A DNA stretch of 64,000 nucleotides, taken from an uncultured Verrucomicrobiota bacterium. GTDB lineage: Bacteria > Verrucomicrobiota > Verrucomicrobiia > Limisphaerales > UBA9464. The position numbers and the translations under genes were made by a program. Shown here piece by piece: positions 33,172-42,550 of the stretch. The notes beneath the pieces were generated by a model that was given only the letters and a program-made list of their open reading frames with translations, did not search any database and was not told the DNA's origin. How positions within the stretch are numbered: position 1 is the stretch's first letter; the number at the start of each line of letters is the position of its first letter. The DNA lies in assembly GCA_903939515.1 (NCBI GenBank), contig CAJAHH010000008.1, positions 84 to 64,083 of the forward strand, read 5' to 3'.

Positions 33172-35238
33172 TCACCAGATCTTCGCGCGGTCTTCGGGCT
33201 TGCGCCACTGAGGCGAGCTCTCGGTGATGCCCCAAGCTTGGTAGAATTCCGGCAGGTTCACATGCGGTCCAATGCCCCGGAATTGGCCCGGTGAGTGAGG
33301 ATCGACCACCAGACGGCGTTGAAGTTCTGCCTCGCGCCAGTTGACCCGCCAGAGTTGGGAGAGGCTAAGGAAGAACCGCTGTTCCGGAGTCAAACCGTCG
33401 ATGAGTCGACGACGACTGGGGTCCTTGGCCAAGGCCCGCTGGAGGGCTTCGAACGCAATACTGGTTCCACCCAAGTCGGCGATGTTCTCGCCCAATGTCA
33501 GCCGACCGTTGACCCGCTTTCCGGGCAATGCCTCATAGGAGGAATACTGGTCGATGACCTTGGCCGCCCTGCGGTCGAACTCCTTGCCGTCGGCCTCGGT
33601 CCACCAGTCGCGCAAATTGCCCTCGGCATCGTACTTGCGCCCCTGATCATCGTAGCCATGGGTGATTTCGTGGCCGATCACCACACCGATGGCACCATAA
33701 TTCACCGCGTCATCCGTCTCCAAATCGAAGAACGGCGGCTGCAAAATGCCGGCCGGAAAAACAATCTCGTTCAGGGGCGGGCTGAAGTAGGCGTTGACCG
33801 TTTGCGGGGTCATGTGCCACTCGGACCGATCCACGGCCTTGCCGACCCGCGCCAGATCCCGTCGGGATTCAAAGGCATTGGCCCGGAGCACGTTGCCCAG
33901 GTGATCGTCCCGTCGAACCTCCAACCCCGAATAATCGCGGAAGCTCTTGGGGTGCCCGACTTTCTCGGTGAAACGGTCAAACTTCTGGAGAGCTTGCCAA
34001 CGGGTGGCTTCGCCCATCCACTCCAACTTGGCGAGCCGCTCCCGGAATACGACGCGCAGGTTGGCGATCATTTCCGACATGCGTGCTGAGGCCGCCGGCG
34101 GGAAATGTTTTTCGACATAGAGCCGTCCCAATGCCTCCCCGAGCGCGCCATCAATGGACTTGGCGGATCGCTGCCAGCGTGGCTCTTGCTGGGGCTGACC
34201 TCGCAGGACGGTTCCGTAGAACGCAAAGGCCTCATTGGCTGGCGCCGCATGCAAGTGTTCAGCGAGGCTGCTCACCAAATGCCACCGGAGGTACGCCAAC
34301 CAATGGGTCTCTTCGACCTCGGACACCATCAGGTCCAGCTCCTTGAAAAACTCCGGCTGACCCACGATGACCGTAGCCGGACTCGCAATGCCCGCCGCCT
34401 GAAAATAGGCACCCCACGGCAACCGGGGCGTCAACTGATCGAGTTCGGCACGGGTGAGTTTGTGGTAGTTCTTTTCACGATCCCGCAATTCCGTGCGCGT
34501 GCGACAGGCTTTGGCCAGTCGAGTTTCCAGGGCCAGAACGGCTTCCGCCGCATCCTTGGCCTCGGATTCGCCATCCCCCAAAAGCCTCAGTTGAGCGGCG
34601 ATGTGCTGACGGTACTGCTCCCGCTGCTGAGCGAACCCCTCGGCCAAATAATAGTCCCGGTCGGGAAGCCCTAGACCTCCCTGCATCAGGTGAAGGGCAT
34701 AAACCGAACTGTTCTTGGCGTCTGGCTGAACCCCCATACCAAAACCAGCGCCAATCCCCCGCAAATGCCAGTCCGCCAAAAGAGCCATGGCCGACTCGGG
34801 ATTCTGGACCGCCTTCAGGCGCTCCCATTCAGGATCTAAGGGAGCAAAACCCAGCCGCTCGATGCGATTCGTCTCCATGGCAGAGGCATAAAAGTCACCC
34901 ACCTGCCGGAGAGGAGAACCCGCTGGAGCATTGGTGTCAGCGGCGGCCGAAATGAGAATGCCACGGATCAGCCACCAATTCCGCTCTTGAAGCTCATCGA
35001 AACCGGCCCAACGCGATTTGTCGGAGGGCACCGGGTTGTTCTTGCGCCAGGCGCCGGTGGCATATTGATAGAAATTGGTCTTCGGATCGACAGAGCGGTC
35101 CACATAGCTCATCGAAAACCGAGGCACCGACGGCGGATTCTCGGCCGCAGATGCCAAGCAGGTCAGGAACAACAGACTCAAAGAAATCGCCAACCTTCGA
35201 AGAGGACTGCCGATGGGGCAGAATGGGGTGCCGAACAT
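33172..35238 (-). CDS. M13 family zinc metallopeptidase (PepO/neprilysin-like)
   Basis: VNAYFSP, FPAGILQPPFF, GHEITHGYDDQG, TLGENIADLGG, DPHSP; signal peptide. Confidence 0.95.
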   Translation of the reverse strand: MFGTPFCPIGSPLRRLAISLSLLFLTCLASAAENPPSVPRFSMSYVDRSVDPKTNFYQYATGAWRKNNPVPSDKSRWAGFDELQERNWWLIRGILISAAADTNAPAGSPLRQVGDFYASAMETNRIERLGFAPLDPEWERLKAVQNPESAMALLADWHLRGIGAGFGMGVQPDAKNSSVYALHLMQGGLGLPDRDYYLAEGFAQQREQYRQHIAAQLRLLGDGESEAKDAAEAVLALETRLAKACRTRTELRDREKNYHKLTRAELDQLTPRLPWGAYFQAAGIASPATVIVGQPEFFKELDLMVSEVEETHWLAYLRWHLVSSLAEHLHAAPANEAFAFYGTVLRGQPQQEPRWQRSAKSIDGALGEALGRLYVEKHFPPAASARMSEMIANLRVVFRERLAKLEWMGEATRWQALQKFDRFTEKVGHPKSFRDYSGLEVRRDDHLGNVLRANAFESRRDLARVGKAVDRSEWHMTPQTVNAYFSPPLNEIVFPAGILQPPFFDLETDDAVNYGAIGVVIGHEITHGYDDQGRKYDAEGNLRDWWTEADGKEFDRRAAKVIDQYSSYEALPGKRVNGRLTLGENIADLGGTSIAFEALQRALAKDPSRRRLIDGLTPEQRFFLSLSQLWRVNWREAELQRRLVVDPHSPGQFRGIGPHVNLPEFYQAWGITESSPQWRKPEDRAKIW

Positions 35239-35331
35239 GAAACTTAGGTTGACCCCTTCGTCAGAGAAATCAATCCACCAAGGATGGCCGGACACCCGCC
35301 TGAGACCCGGAAAAAACATCAAACCCTAGCC

Positions 35332-35580
35332 TTAAAGCGAGGTGAGTAATTCGGTGATTTTGATACCGAAGCGATTCTCGACCACCACCACCTCACCCCG
35401 GGCTACTAACTTGGTATTTACATGCAAGTCCACAGGGGCATCGGCCACCTTATCGAGCTGGACGATCGAGCCGGTGGTGAGGTTGAGCACCTCACGCATC
35501 GGCAAGTGGCAGGATCCCAACTGCACACTCACCTCAACGGGAACGTCGAGCAGGATTGAAAGATCGGTAGTTTGGCTCAT
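35332..35580 (-). CDS. fliN: Flagellar motor switch protein FliN
   Basis: LLDVPVEVSVQLG...GSIVQLDK..VARGEVVVVENRFGIKITE. Confidence 0.93.
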   Translation of the reverse strand: MSQTTDLSILLDVPVEVSVQLGSCHLPMREVLNLTTGSIVQLDKVADAPVDLHVNTKLVARGEVVVVENRFGIKITELLTSL

Positions 35581-35592
35581 GAGAAGAAAAGA

Positions 35593-36618
35593 TTAGGGAT
35601 TGGATCCGATGGAAATTTGGTCGATTTCGACGGCCCAGCGGCCGTCCACGGTGCCGAGACGACCGTAATACCGCTTTTCTGAAGCCAGCTTAACCTGCAC
35701 GCGTTCGGCAAATTCCTGCGGCAGCGGCACGATATCGCCCACCCTGAGTCCAACGACATCCTTGGCCCGGAGTTTCAATCCATTGGACTCAGCGGAGACT
35801 TGCATCGGGGCGTTGTCATAGTGGGAATTCCAGGCCCCACCCTGCTCTGAGGGCACGTCCGGAAGATCTTCGGGGCCAGGTTTCAGCCGGGAACTCAACA
35901 AATGGACGATGGGCTCGATGGTCCAGTAGGGAAACGCGATCTGCATGGTCTCCGTGCAATCATTGACTGCCGCCTCGATGGACAGCACGAGCATGATCGC
36001 ATCGGCATCGACGGCCTGAAGAAAAAGCCCGTTGCTCTCGTGTCCAAAGAGAGCTGGTCGCAAGTCCCGGTACTTGGCCCAGTGGGTGCACCATTCGGTG
36101 AGCATCAGCAGCACCACTTGGTCGAGAAGCGTCACCTCCAGTTCGGAGAGCTCCCGATTGCTAGTCACCGAGTGCCCTGGACCGCCCAAGAGACGATCTA
36201 CTATGGTCAAACCCAGGCGCGGCGGAATATCTAGAATGCAAATTCCTCGCAAGGGTTCCACCCGGAAGAGGGATAGGTGTGTCGGGCTATCGAGGCTTTC
36301 ACACCATTGCCGGAAGGAGATGGTGTGCAGCTGGGACATCTGGAGATTGAACTCCACACGCAAGTAAATCGACAAACGCGCGGCCAGCGACTGGATAAAC
36401 TCTTCGTGATGGATTCGCAGCTTTCGCAACTCGATGGGCGAAAGGAAGACCGGCGTACGAAAGTCGTAGGCCGATATGGAATCACGGCTCTGATTGCTCC
36501 TCCGTCCGTTCGATTGGAGGACGACGGTATTGGTTTCCTCCTCCTGAACCTGTTGGAGCAGACGCTCCACCTCTGATTGGGAGAGCACATCTCCCATGGA
36601 TCCAGCCTGGTCCGCCAT
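35593..36618 (-). CDS. fliM: Flagellar motor switch protein FliM
   Basis: N-terminal CheY-binding-type VLSQSEVERLL, YDFRTP, IVDRLLGGPG, RELSELE. Confidence 0.93.
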   Translation of the reverse strand: MADQAGSMGDVLSQSEVERLLQQVQEEETNTVVLQSNGRRSNQSRDSISAYDFRTPVFLSPIELRKLRIHHEEFIQSLAARLSIYLRVEFNLQMSQLHTISFRQWCESLDSPTHLSLFRVEPLRGICILDIPPRLGLTIVDRLLGGPGHSVTSNRELSELEVTLLDQVVLLMLTEWCTHWAKYRDLRPALFGHESNGLFLQAVDADAIMLVLSIEAAVNDCTETMQIAFPYWTIEPIVHLLSSRLKPGPEDLPDVPSEQGGAWNSHYDNAPMQVSAESNGLKLRAKDVVGLRVGDIVPLPQEFAERVQVKLASEKRYYGRLGTVDGRWAVEIDQISIGSNP

Positions 36619-36636
36619 AAGGTTTTTGGTGAAAAA

Positions 36637-37251
36637 TTACTGAACAGCCATATCAGGCAGCACGACCTCCGTGAAAACCCCAGGGCCTAGAACTTTTAGA
36701 AACGCATTCTTCAACTCGGCCTTGATGGTGATTCGGGATCCCTGGCGCTCGATGTCCATGAGGGTCTTGGTGTAGAGCAACGAGGAGGCTGCATCGCGAA
36801 GATCAGAACCTCGTGCCGTCACGATATCCTTCAGTTTGGGATGGGTGCCACGAACACCGATTTTGGCCATTAACAGCCGGGAACCCATCGTACCGGCAAC
36901 ATTGACAGTGACTGGATCAATCATCTCAGTCGTGTCCGCGCCACCCCCATGCCCTCCGGCGTCCGATGAGTGCCCCCCCTTGCCTGAATCCGGCGAATGG
37001 CTGGCTGGGTCTGCATGCTTATCTCCATGGGATGCATCACCAGCACCGGCTGAGTCATTATCGTGCCCCGCTTCTGTGGCCGCGGCTGTGGATCCGGCGG
37101 AATTTAACCTTGGCAGAAGCACATACTGGGTCATCGCGAAGGCCATCACGGGCAGTAGCACGATGTTGAGGATTAACGGGAGCATCGCCTTGATGCCACC
37201 GGACGATTCGGATTTTGAACCGTCGTTTTTGTCTGAGGCGGGTGCGGCCAT
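36637..37251 (-). CDS. fliL: Flagellar basal body-associated protein FliL
   Basis: Single TM, His/Gly-rich linker, VTVNVAGT..LRDA...IKAEL; directly before fliM. Confidence 0.8.
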   Translation of the reverse strand: MAAPASDKNDGSKSESSGGIKAMLPLILNIVLLPVMAFAMTQYVLLPRLNSAGSTAAATEAGHDNDSAGAGDASHGDKHADPASHSPDSGKGGHSSDAGGHGGGADTTEMIDPVTVNVAGTMGSRLLMAKIGVRGTHPKLKDIVTARGSDLRDAASSLLYTKTLMDIERQGSRITIKAELKNAFLKVLGPGVFTEVVLPDMAVQ

Positions 37252-37279
37252 GGCGAGGAAAATAGGTTGAGTCAGGGCA

Positions 37280-38137
37280 TCAACGCTTCAGGTTGATGAG
37301 CTCCTGAAGAATTTCATCCGAGGTGGTGATGATCTTCGCGTTAGCCTGATAGCCGCGCTGGGTGACCATCAAATCTGTGAACTGGGTGGCCAGATCGACA
37401 TTAGCCTGCTCCAAGGATTGCCAGCGGACTTGCCCCCGCCCGGCCTGTCCTGCGGTGCCGAGGCCCACGGGACCCGCAGCTGCTAGGTTACCAAAACGGT
37501 TGTTCCCCACCTTGCTGAGGCCATTTATGTCCCGGAATGTTTGGACTTGGATCTGAGCAATCTTGAGGGGATCTGGAGGGGTGGCAGGGGGTGGCACCAA
37601 AGTGCTTCGCAATGTTAGATTTACATCACCGTTCGACTCAATGCGCCACGAGACCGCTTCGGTGTCGGCCGGAAGCGCAGGAGCGGTCGGGTTGAGAGTG
37701 ATTTTGATGTCGCTAGAAACCCCGGGTGACCCAGGAATCTCTCCCTGAACACGCATCCCTTCAGACGTGGTCAGAAACCCATTGGCATCGGCACGAAAAT
37801 CACCAGCCCGAGTCGCATAGGTCGCATTGTTGGAGGTGTCCCGAACGAGGAAGAACCCGCTCCCGTCGATGGCCATGTCGTAGGGTTGTCCGGTCGAATC
37901 GATGTTACCCTGGCCGAAACTGCTGGAGACACTCGCTAGGGAGACACCACTACCGATCTGGGAGGCACTGGAATTGGTGGAGAACTCCGAGAGTCTCTGA
38001 CTGAACACATCGACGCCTTGGGCGCGACCGGCACGAAAACCGACGGTGTTGACGTTGGCAATGTTGTTACCGATGACATCCAGCTTGTCCTGCTGGAAAC
38101 GAAGGCCACTAATGCCGCTATTGAGGGATCTGAGCAT
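37280..38137 (-). CDS. flgE: Flagellar hook protein FlgE (short form)
   Basis: MLRSLNSGISGL..LDVIGNNIANVNTVGF, ATRAGDF, LEQANVDLATQFTDLMVTQRGYQANAKIITTSDEILQELINLKR; follows flgD. Confidence 0.88.
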   Translation of the reverse strand: MLRSLNSGISGLRFQQDKLDVIGNNIANVNTVGFRAGRAQGVDVFSQRLSEFSTNSSASQIGSGVSLASVSSSFGQGNIDSTGQPYDMAIDGSGFFLVRDTSNNATYATRAGDFRADANGFLTTSEGMRVQGEIPGSPGVSSDIKITLNPTAPALPADTEAVSWRIESNGDVNLTLRSTLVPPPATPPDPLKIAQIQVQTFRDINGLSKVGNNRFGNLAAAGPVGLGTAGQAGRGQVRWQSLEQANVDLATQFTDLMVTQRGYQANAKIITTSDEILQELINLKR

Positions 38138-38161
38138 AGGTTTATCTGAGGTTTTGAACGT

Positions 38162-38761
38162 TTATTGAGCGATCGAGCCAAGGATTTGACCCAGTTTTTT
38201 TGGAAGGAGTTTGAGTTCGGTAGCGCTGAGCGGCAGGGATGGGAACGTGTCGGCCTTGGGGGGCGCATCCGATCCTGCAGGCTTCAAATCTGGCATTTCC
38301 GGAGCCCGGACAATGTTCACTCGAGACAGGTCGTAAGGCACATCGCCAACGACGAGCTGCGGATTTCCCCCATTGAATCGCACCTCAGTCACCAACCCCT
38401 CGACGGTCCTCTGGGTGGCTGGGTCTTGGAGGGACACCCATTGCCCCAGGAATTGATTGGCTTGAGAGCCCTTGAACTGAGTGCGCAGGCCGGCGATGTC
38501 CGCCTGCATTAATCGGGTTTGGTCCAGCGTGTTGAACTGAGCCATCTGAGCGATAAAATCAGTGTCCTTTTGGGGATTAAGCGGGTCCTGGTAGGAGAAC
38601 TGGGCAGCGATCAGCTTGAAAAAGTCATCCTGGCCCAAAGTGCGGTTGGGCTTACGACCGGTGATCTGCGCTCCAGAAGGATCGGTCAACGCAGTGGACC
38701 CGGTGACACCAGGTGCCTCGTAGGAGTTGGCGAGGGTTCGGTTGGAAGTGTCGAGATTCAT
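38162..38761 (-). CDS. flgD: Flagellar hook capping protein FlgD
   Basis: LGQDDFFKLIAAQFSYQDPLNPQKDTDFIAQMAQF; start ATG 38761 just after the fliK stop. Confidence 0.9.
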   Translation of the reverse strand: MNLDTSNRTLANSYEAPGVTGSTALTDPSGAQITGRKPNRTLGQDDFFKLIAAQFSYQDPLNPQKDTDFIAQMAQFNTLDQTRLMQADIAGLRTQFKGSQANQFLGQWVSLQDPATQRTVEGLVTEVRFNGGNPQLVVGDVPYDLSRVNIVRAPEMPDLKPAGSDAPPKADTFPSLPLSATELKLLPKKLGQILGSIAQ

Positions 38762-38765
38762 AAAT

Positions 38766-41402
38766 TCAGGCCCAGGATTCCAAAAGAGGACGGTGAGCGG
38801 GCTTGAGGGCAGCAGGCTTGAGGGCGGCGGGTTGGGCCGAACGAGCCTGATGGGATCGAGCCTTCTGCCCCGCCTCGCCACCCATGTCAGGGGCGGAGTC
38901 TTGAGCCGACTGCTGGTTGCGCCCTCGCCCTCCGGAATGAGCCGATCGCTCATCGGCGAGATCCGAGGATGCCTTGGAGGAGTCCGGAGAGCCCTCTCGC
39001 TCCAGAGGGAGCAAATGAACCCCCTGGGTACGGAGCTGTTGCTGCAATTCGGGCCACCCCTCGGCGATGGCTTGTGCATCTCCCCGCTCGAGTGTGGCTC
39101 GAATTTCGACCCGCCCATCGCGACGCCGAAGTTCGACCCGTAGCTCAGAACCCGCATCGGGCCGAAGGACGGCCGTCATCGATGCGGTGCGCAACCGCTG
39201 CAGCAAAACCACCTCACCGGAAAGCTGATCCGAGAGCCGGCTGATAGTCCGTGCCTGAGGGAGGGCAACTGCCTCTGCGGTCTCAGGAAATGGATTCAGC
39301 ACGCTGATCGCAGGACCGAGGGACGGCATTCTCATCGAGGGATCGACGTCCCTAGCAACAGACAAGGACCCGAGAGGTTCCGAATCCAAGGACCCGGCTC
39401 CGCGCCGCTGGGGCGCAGTCTCAGGGACTGAGGTTTGGAATCGATCGGAAGCCATCGCTATCTCGGCTCTTGCATGAGTCATGCCAGACCGATTACGCGT
39501 CGATCCTGCCTCCGCATCGCCCCTTTTCTCCGATGGGGTTGCACGGTCCTGAAACACCTGTTTTTCTGGGGTTTCTGGGTTTTTATCTAAGTTAGATTCG
39601 GAACCCACCCCATCGTCTAACACCGCGTTGTTGGATGGTTCTCCCGAGCCCCCGTAGGCAATGTCTGCCGACCTTGAAGGAGGCAAGTTCGTCGGTTGCG
39701 GGAAACTTTTTGTCCCCTCCGGCATTTTCAAAACTCCCACAGCCTCCGGAACAACCTCCTCCGCGCCCCCATCGCGGGGGGCTGAGAGGTCAATTTCGAG
39801 AGACTGCCCACCGTTGCCCGCAGCGGGTTCGGCGATCGCGACCGGTGCGACCTGTTCCCCAAATGATGTCCCCTTCGAAAGTATGGTTTCCAGAGCGGGA
39901 CCCACCTCTTCGGTTCCGAGCTTCGCCGGAGCTGCGGGAATTGACCGGAAGACGGGCTCTAGGCCTCGACCAGAATCCGACCGCGAATCCAATGAAGACT
40001 GTCTCAGCCTCGTGAAACCGGACGGCAACCATTCCCGTGCGGCGACCTCCGGACCTGAAACCGGAGAGAGCGCCACTGATGGGTTCTGAATCGAGACTGG
40101 TTGGATGTTCAGTTGGGGAACCCCACTAGCGAGTCGCTCTGTATCAGTACCATTAAGCTGCGACGGAAAGCCCGTCTTGGCGGCCGGTTCAGACACCGTG
40201 GCTACAGTCTCTGGCATGGACCCGGGACTGGAGAGCGACCACCAACGTCCCGCAGCCGCCGAACCCCAACGGGCCGACTCCTCTTCGAGGGGCTCACCTG
40301 AACCAGAGATGACTGCGACACGCGGCACCGAAGGCGACTCTCCGGAGAGCACCGTCGATGCAGTAACCACGGACGGCGTTTCCCCGGTCGAGACGTTGAT
40401 GCCAACGGAGCGTGGGATCAGTGATTCCGATGTTTTCCACTCGCTCCGCGAGCCACGCGATGCTGGGCCCATGGGTCTGATCAGATCAGGCTGCGGTGTC
40501 TCTAAATCAACGCGTTTCCACCGGGTCTCCTGCCCCTGAAACGGTATGGCGCCTGCAACCGTTTCCGGAGGAGGAGTCGTGTCCACAGCGATAGGCGTTG
40601 TCGACTCTTGATGCGTTTGATTTCCGGCGCCGACCGATTCGCCGGGGGGCCGCTGAAGAGCAGGTTGAGCTGCTGTTTGGCCGGCCAACGAGGAGCCCTG
40701 CGGGAATGGGGTTGGAGAAACCCCAAAACCGGTGCGAAGAGACAGCCTCCGACCGGAGGGAGAGGGCGGGCCTGAGGGTTCCGAACCCTCTGAAAAACCC
40801 GTTGCAAGCGAGGCCTCCGCCACCGGAGTCATCACAGGGGGAACCCAAAGGGGTAACACCCCTGGAACTAGGGCCCAAGTGGGCATCCCTCCATTCTCGG
40901 AGATCCCCAGACTCGACTCACCGGAGACCACTTCATCGTTGAGACCCTCCTTAGGTTCTCGATTTGCCCAGAGAGACGCTTCGGAATCGTCCACAACCTT
41001 CGGGGTTGCACAGTCACCCCGTCGCAGACCCCAGTGAGGCCTATGGGACGAGGCAGGCGACGGGCTCAAGTCCGAACCCACGAGTGATTGCACAGCCCTA
41101 AATCCCTGGACTGGTGGCACCGTTTTCTCGATGACCGTCACAGGATGAGCCACCCCATTAGCCCCTCCCCCGAAAGACTCCGCTGTCTGAACCGGAAGCG
41201 CTACCAACGCCGCTTCGCCAACGGGTGAGGGCGGATCGACAAGCCCATCGCCGAGCATCGACGTCAGCGCTCCTGTGACCATCGACGCAAACAAAGACTC
41301 GCCATCCAAATTTTCTGGAACCCCGAGAGCTCCGGCTCCTGCCACCGCAGCAACGGTTGGAAACAACAGCATCTCCACCCCAAGCGGACTGAGAGTGCTC
41401 AT
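38766..41402 (-). CDS. fliK: Flagellar hook-length control protein FliK (878 aa)
   Basis: Long Ser/Pro/Gly/Glu-rich disordered region plus C-terminal T3S4-like domain (AVLRPDAGSELRVEL..WPELQQQLRTQGV); located before flgD. Confidence 0.72.
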   Translation of the reverse strand: MSTLSPLGVEMLLFPTVAAVAGAGALGVPENLDGESLFASMVTGALTSMLGDGLVDPPSPVGEAALVALPVQTAESFGGGANGVAHPVTVIEKTVPPVQGFRAVQSLVGSDLSPSPASSHRPHWGLRRGDCATPKVVDDSEASLWANREPKEGLNDEVVSGESSLGISENGGMPTWALVPGVLPLWVPPVMTPVAEASLATGFSEGSEPSGPPSPSGRRLSLRTGFGVSPTPFPQGSSLAGQTAAQPALQRPPGESVGAGNQTHQESTTPIAVDTTPPPETVAGAIPFQGQETRWKRVDLETPQPDLIRPMGPASRGSRSEWKTSESLIPRSVGINVSTGETPSVVTASTVLSGESPSVPRVAVISGSGEPLEEESARWGSAAAGRWWSLSSPGSMPETVATVSEPAAKTGFPSQLNGTDTERLASGVPQLNIQPVSIQNPSVALSPVSGPEVAAREWLPSGFTRLRQSSLDSRSDSGRGLEPVFRSIPAAPAKLGTEEVGPALETILSKGTSFGEQVAPVAIAEPAAGNGGQSLEIDLSAPRDGGAEEVVPEAVGVLKMPEGTKSFPQPTNLPPSRSADIAYGGSGEPSNNAVLDDGVGSESNLDKNPETPEKQVFQDRATPSEKRGDAEAGSTRNRSGMTHARAEIAMASDRFQTSVPETAPQRRGAGSLDSEPLGSLSVARDVDPSMRMPSLGPAISVLNPFPETAEAVALPQARTISRLSDQLSGEVVLLQRLRTASMTAVLRPDAGSELRVELRRRDGRVEIRATLERGDAQAIAEGWPELQQQLRTQGVHLLPLEREGSPDSSKASSDLADERSAHSGGRGRNQQSAQDSAPDMGGEAGQKARSHQARSAQPAALKPAALKPAHRPLLESWA
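39471..39486 (-). promoter_or_regulatory. Candidate internal sigma54 promoter within fliK
   Basis: TGGCATGACTCATGCA with GG-N10-GC spacing; in-frame ATG at 39455. Confidence 0.5.
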
Positions 41403-42049
41403 GACTTCTTGCCGGTAGGCACCAGTCGCAATTTATCCGACAAGACCGCTGCCAGTTTTGCCCCTTGGACACCGGTTTTGGTCAAAGCATCAAGAATGGG
41501 GGCGTTTTGATCGTCCTTCATCTGGCTCATGACCTTCACGACGAGCTTTTCGTCCAACTCCGCAAAAATCTTCGCGACACTAGAAGGCTCCATACCCGCG
41601 TACGTCTTAGCCAATCGTTTCACATTGATAGCCTCGTCGTCCTGAATCCGGATCACTTGACGATCAATGTCGTCGCGCAAACGGGCCACCGACTGGGTCA
41701 CGGACGCTAGTTCAGCACGTTCGGCCGCCAACCGTTGACCCAACTCGTCCAAATCCTTCTGACGAATCCGGAATGAATTGCTCGTCTGCTTGAGGTATTC
41801 GACGAGGAACTCGACGTCCGTGTTGTAGTATTTCCAGGAAGGGGTGGTCCCATTGAGTTCATCGGCATTCTTACCGGCCAAGGGTGCCCCTTGAATACCT
41901 TCTGATTCCTCGACCGCGGCAACCTTGGCAACCTTAGCTGGCGGCGGCGCTGGCGGCTTGTATCCCTTGAGAATCAAGCCGGCGGTGACAGCCAGATACA
42001 GCAGTGCGCCAACCAGAGATCCGACGAGGGGAATAGCGATGGATTTCAC
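41399..42049 (-). CDS. MotE/YlxF-like flagellar protein (TM, coiled coil, MgtE-N-like domain)
   Basis: KRLAKTYAGMEPSSVAKIF..VKVMSQMKDDQNAPILDAL; sits between fliJ and fliK like Bacillus ylxF. Confidence 0.78.
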   Translation of the reverse strand: MKSIAIPLVGSLVGALLYLAVTAGLILKGYKPPAPPPAKVAKVAAVEESEGIQGAPLAGKNADELNGTTPSWKYYNTDVEFLVEYLKQTSNSFRIRQKDLDELGQRLAAERAELASVTQSVARLRDDIDRQVIRIQDDEAINVKRLAKTYAGMEPSSVAKIFAELDEKLVVKVMSQMKDDQNAPILDALTKTGVQGAKLAAVLSDKLRLVPTGKKS

Positions 42050-42516
42050 AATTTTCGAGAGCTTCCTAGGGCAGCGAAATCGACCGGTCGACGTCGCAAG
42101 GCCATTTCATCCAGATTCTTCTGATCTTCCTTCAACTGCTCACGTTGGTGGTCGACCAACTCCTTAGCACAGAATTTTTCAACCACTTCACGGTCACGAC
42201 GGCTTAGCAGAACCGCCTGGAGTGACGCTGCGCTCGCAGAGGTGGCCTCAACCACCTGCTGACGGCTCTCGTGGCACCGTTGTTCTAGCAACAGTCGGTA
42301 TCCATCTTGTTGTGCGAGCCGAGAAGCCGGACACCCGCGCATCAAATCAGTCTGCAGTTCCTGCTGATGACGGAATAAGGCTCCTAGGCACTCCTGAAAC
42401 TGCGCTTCGGCTGCCTGACGGTTCCGAAGCGCTCGGGCGTGAACTTGGAGTGCTTCCTCTTCGCGACGTTGTCGAAGCTCTCTGAGAGCTGTGACTCGGG
42501 ATCGAAATCGTTTCAT
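42046..42516 (-). CDS. fliJ: Flagellar export protein FliJ
   Basis: MKRFRSR..LRELRQRREE coiled coil with EDQKNLDEMA C-terminus; follows fliI. Confidence 0.82.
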   Translation of the reverse strand: MKRFRSRVTALRELRQRREEEALQVHARALRNRQAAEAQFQECLGALFRHQQELQTDLMRGCPASRLAQQDGYRLLLEQRCHESRQQVVEATSASAASLQAVLLSRRDREVVEKFCAKELVDHQREQLKEDQKNLDEMALRRRPVDFAALGSSRKL

Positions 42517-42550
42517 CGTGACCGGAGTGACTGTTTTGAAATCAAGGTGC

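Noticed and set aside
38762-39157. N-terminal extension of FlgD overlapping fliK
   Set aside because: FlgD-like sequence starts after ATG 38761, just past the fliK stop.
41440-41456. TGGCAGCGGTCTTGTC upstream of fliK as a sigma54 promoter
   Set aside because: The -12 position is GT rather than the conserved GC.
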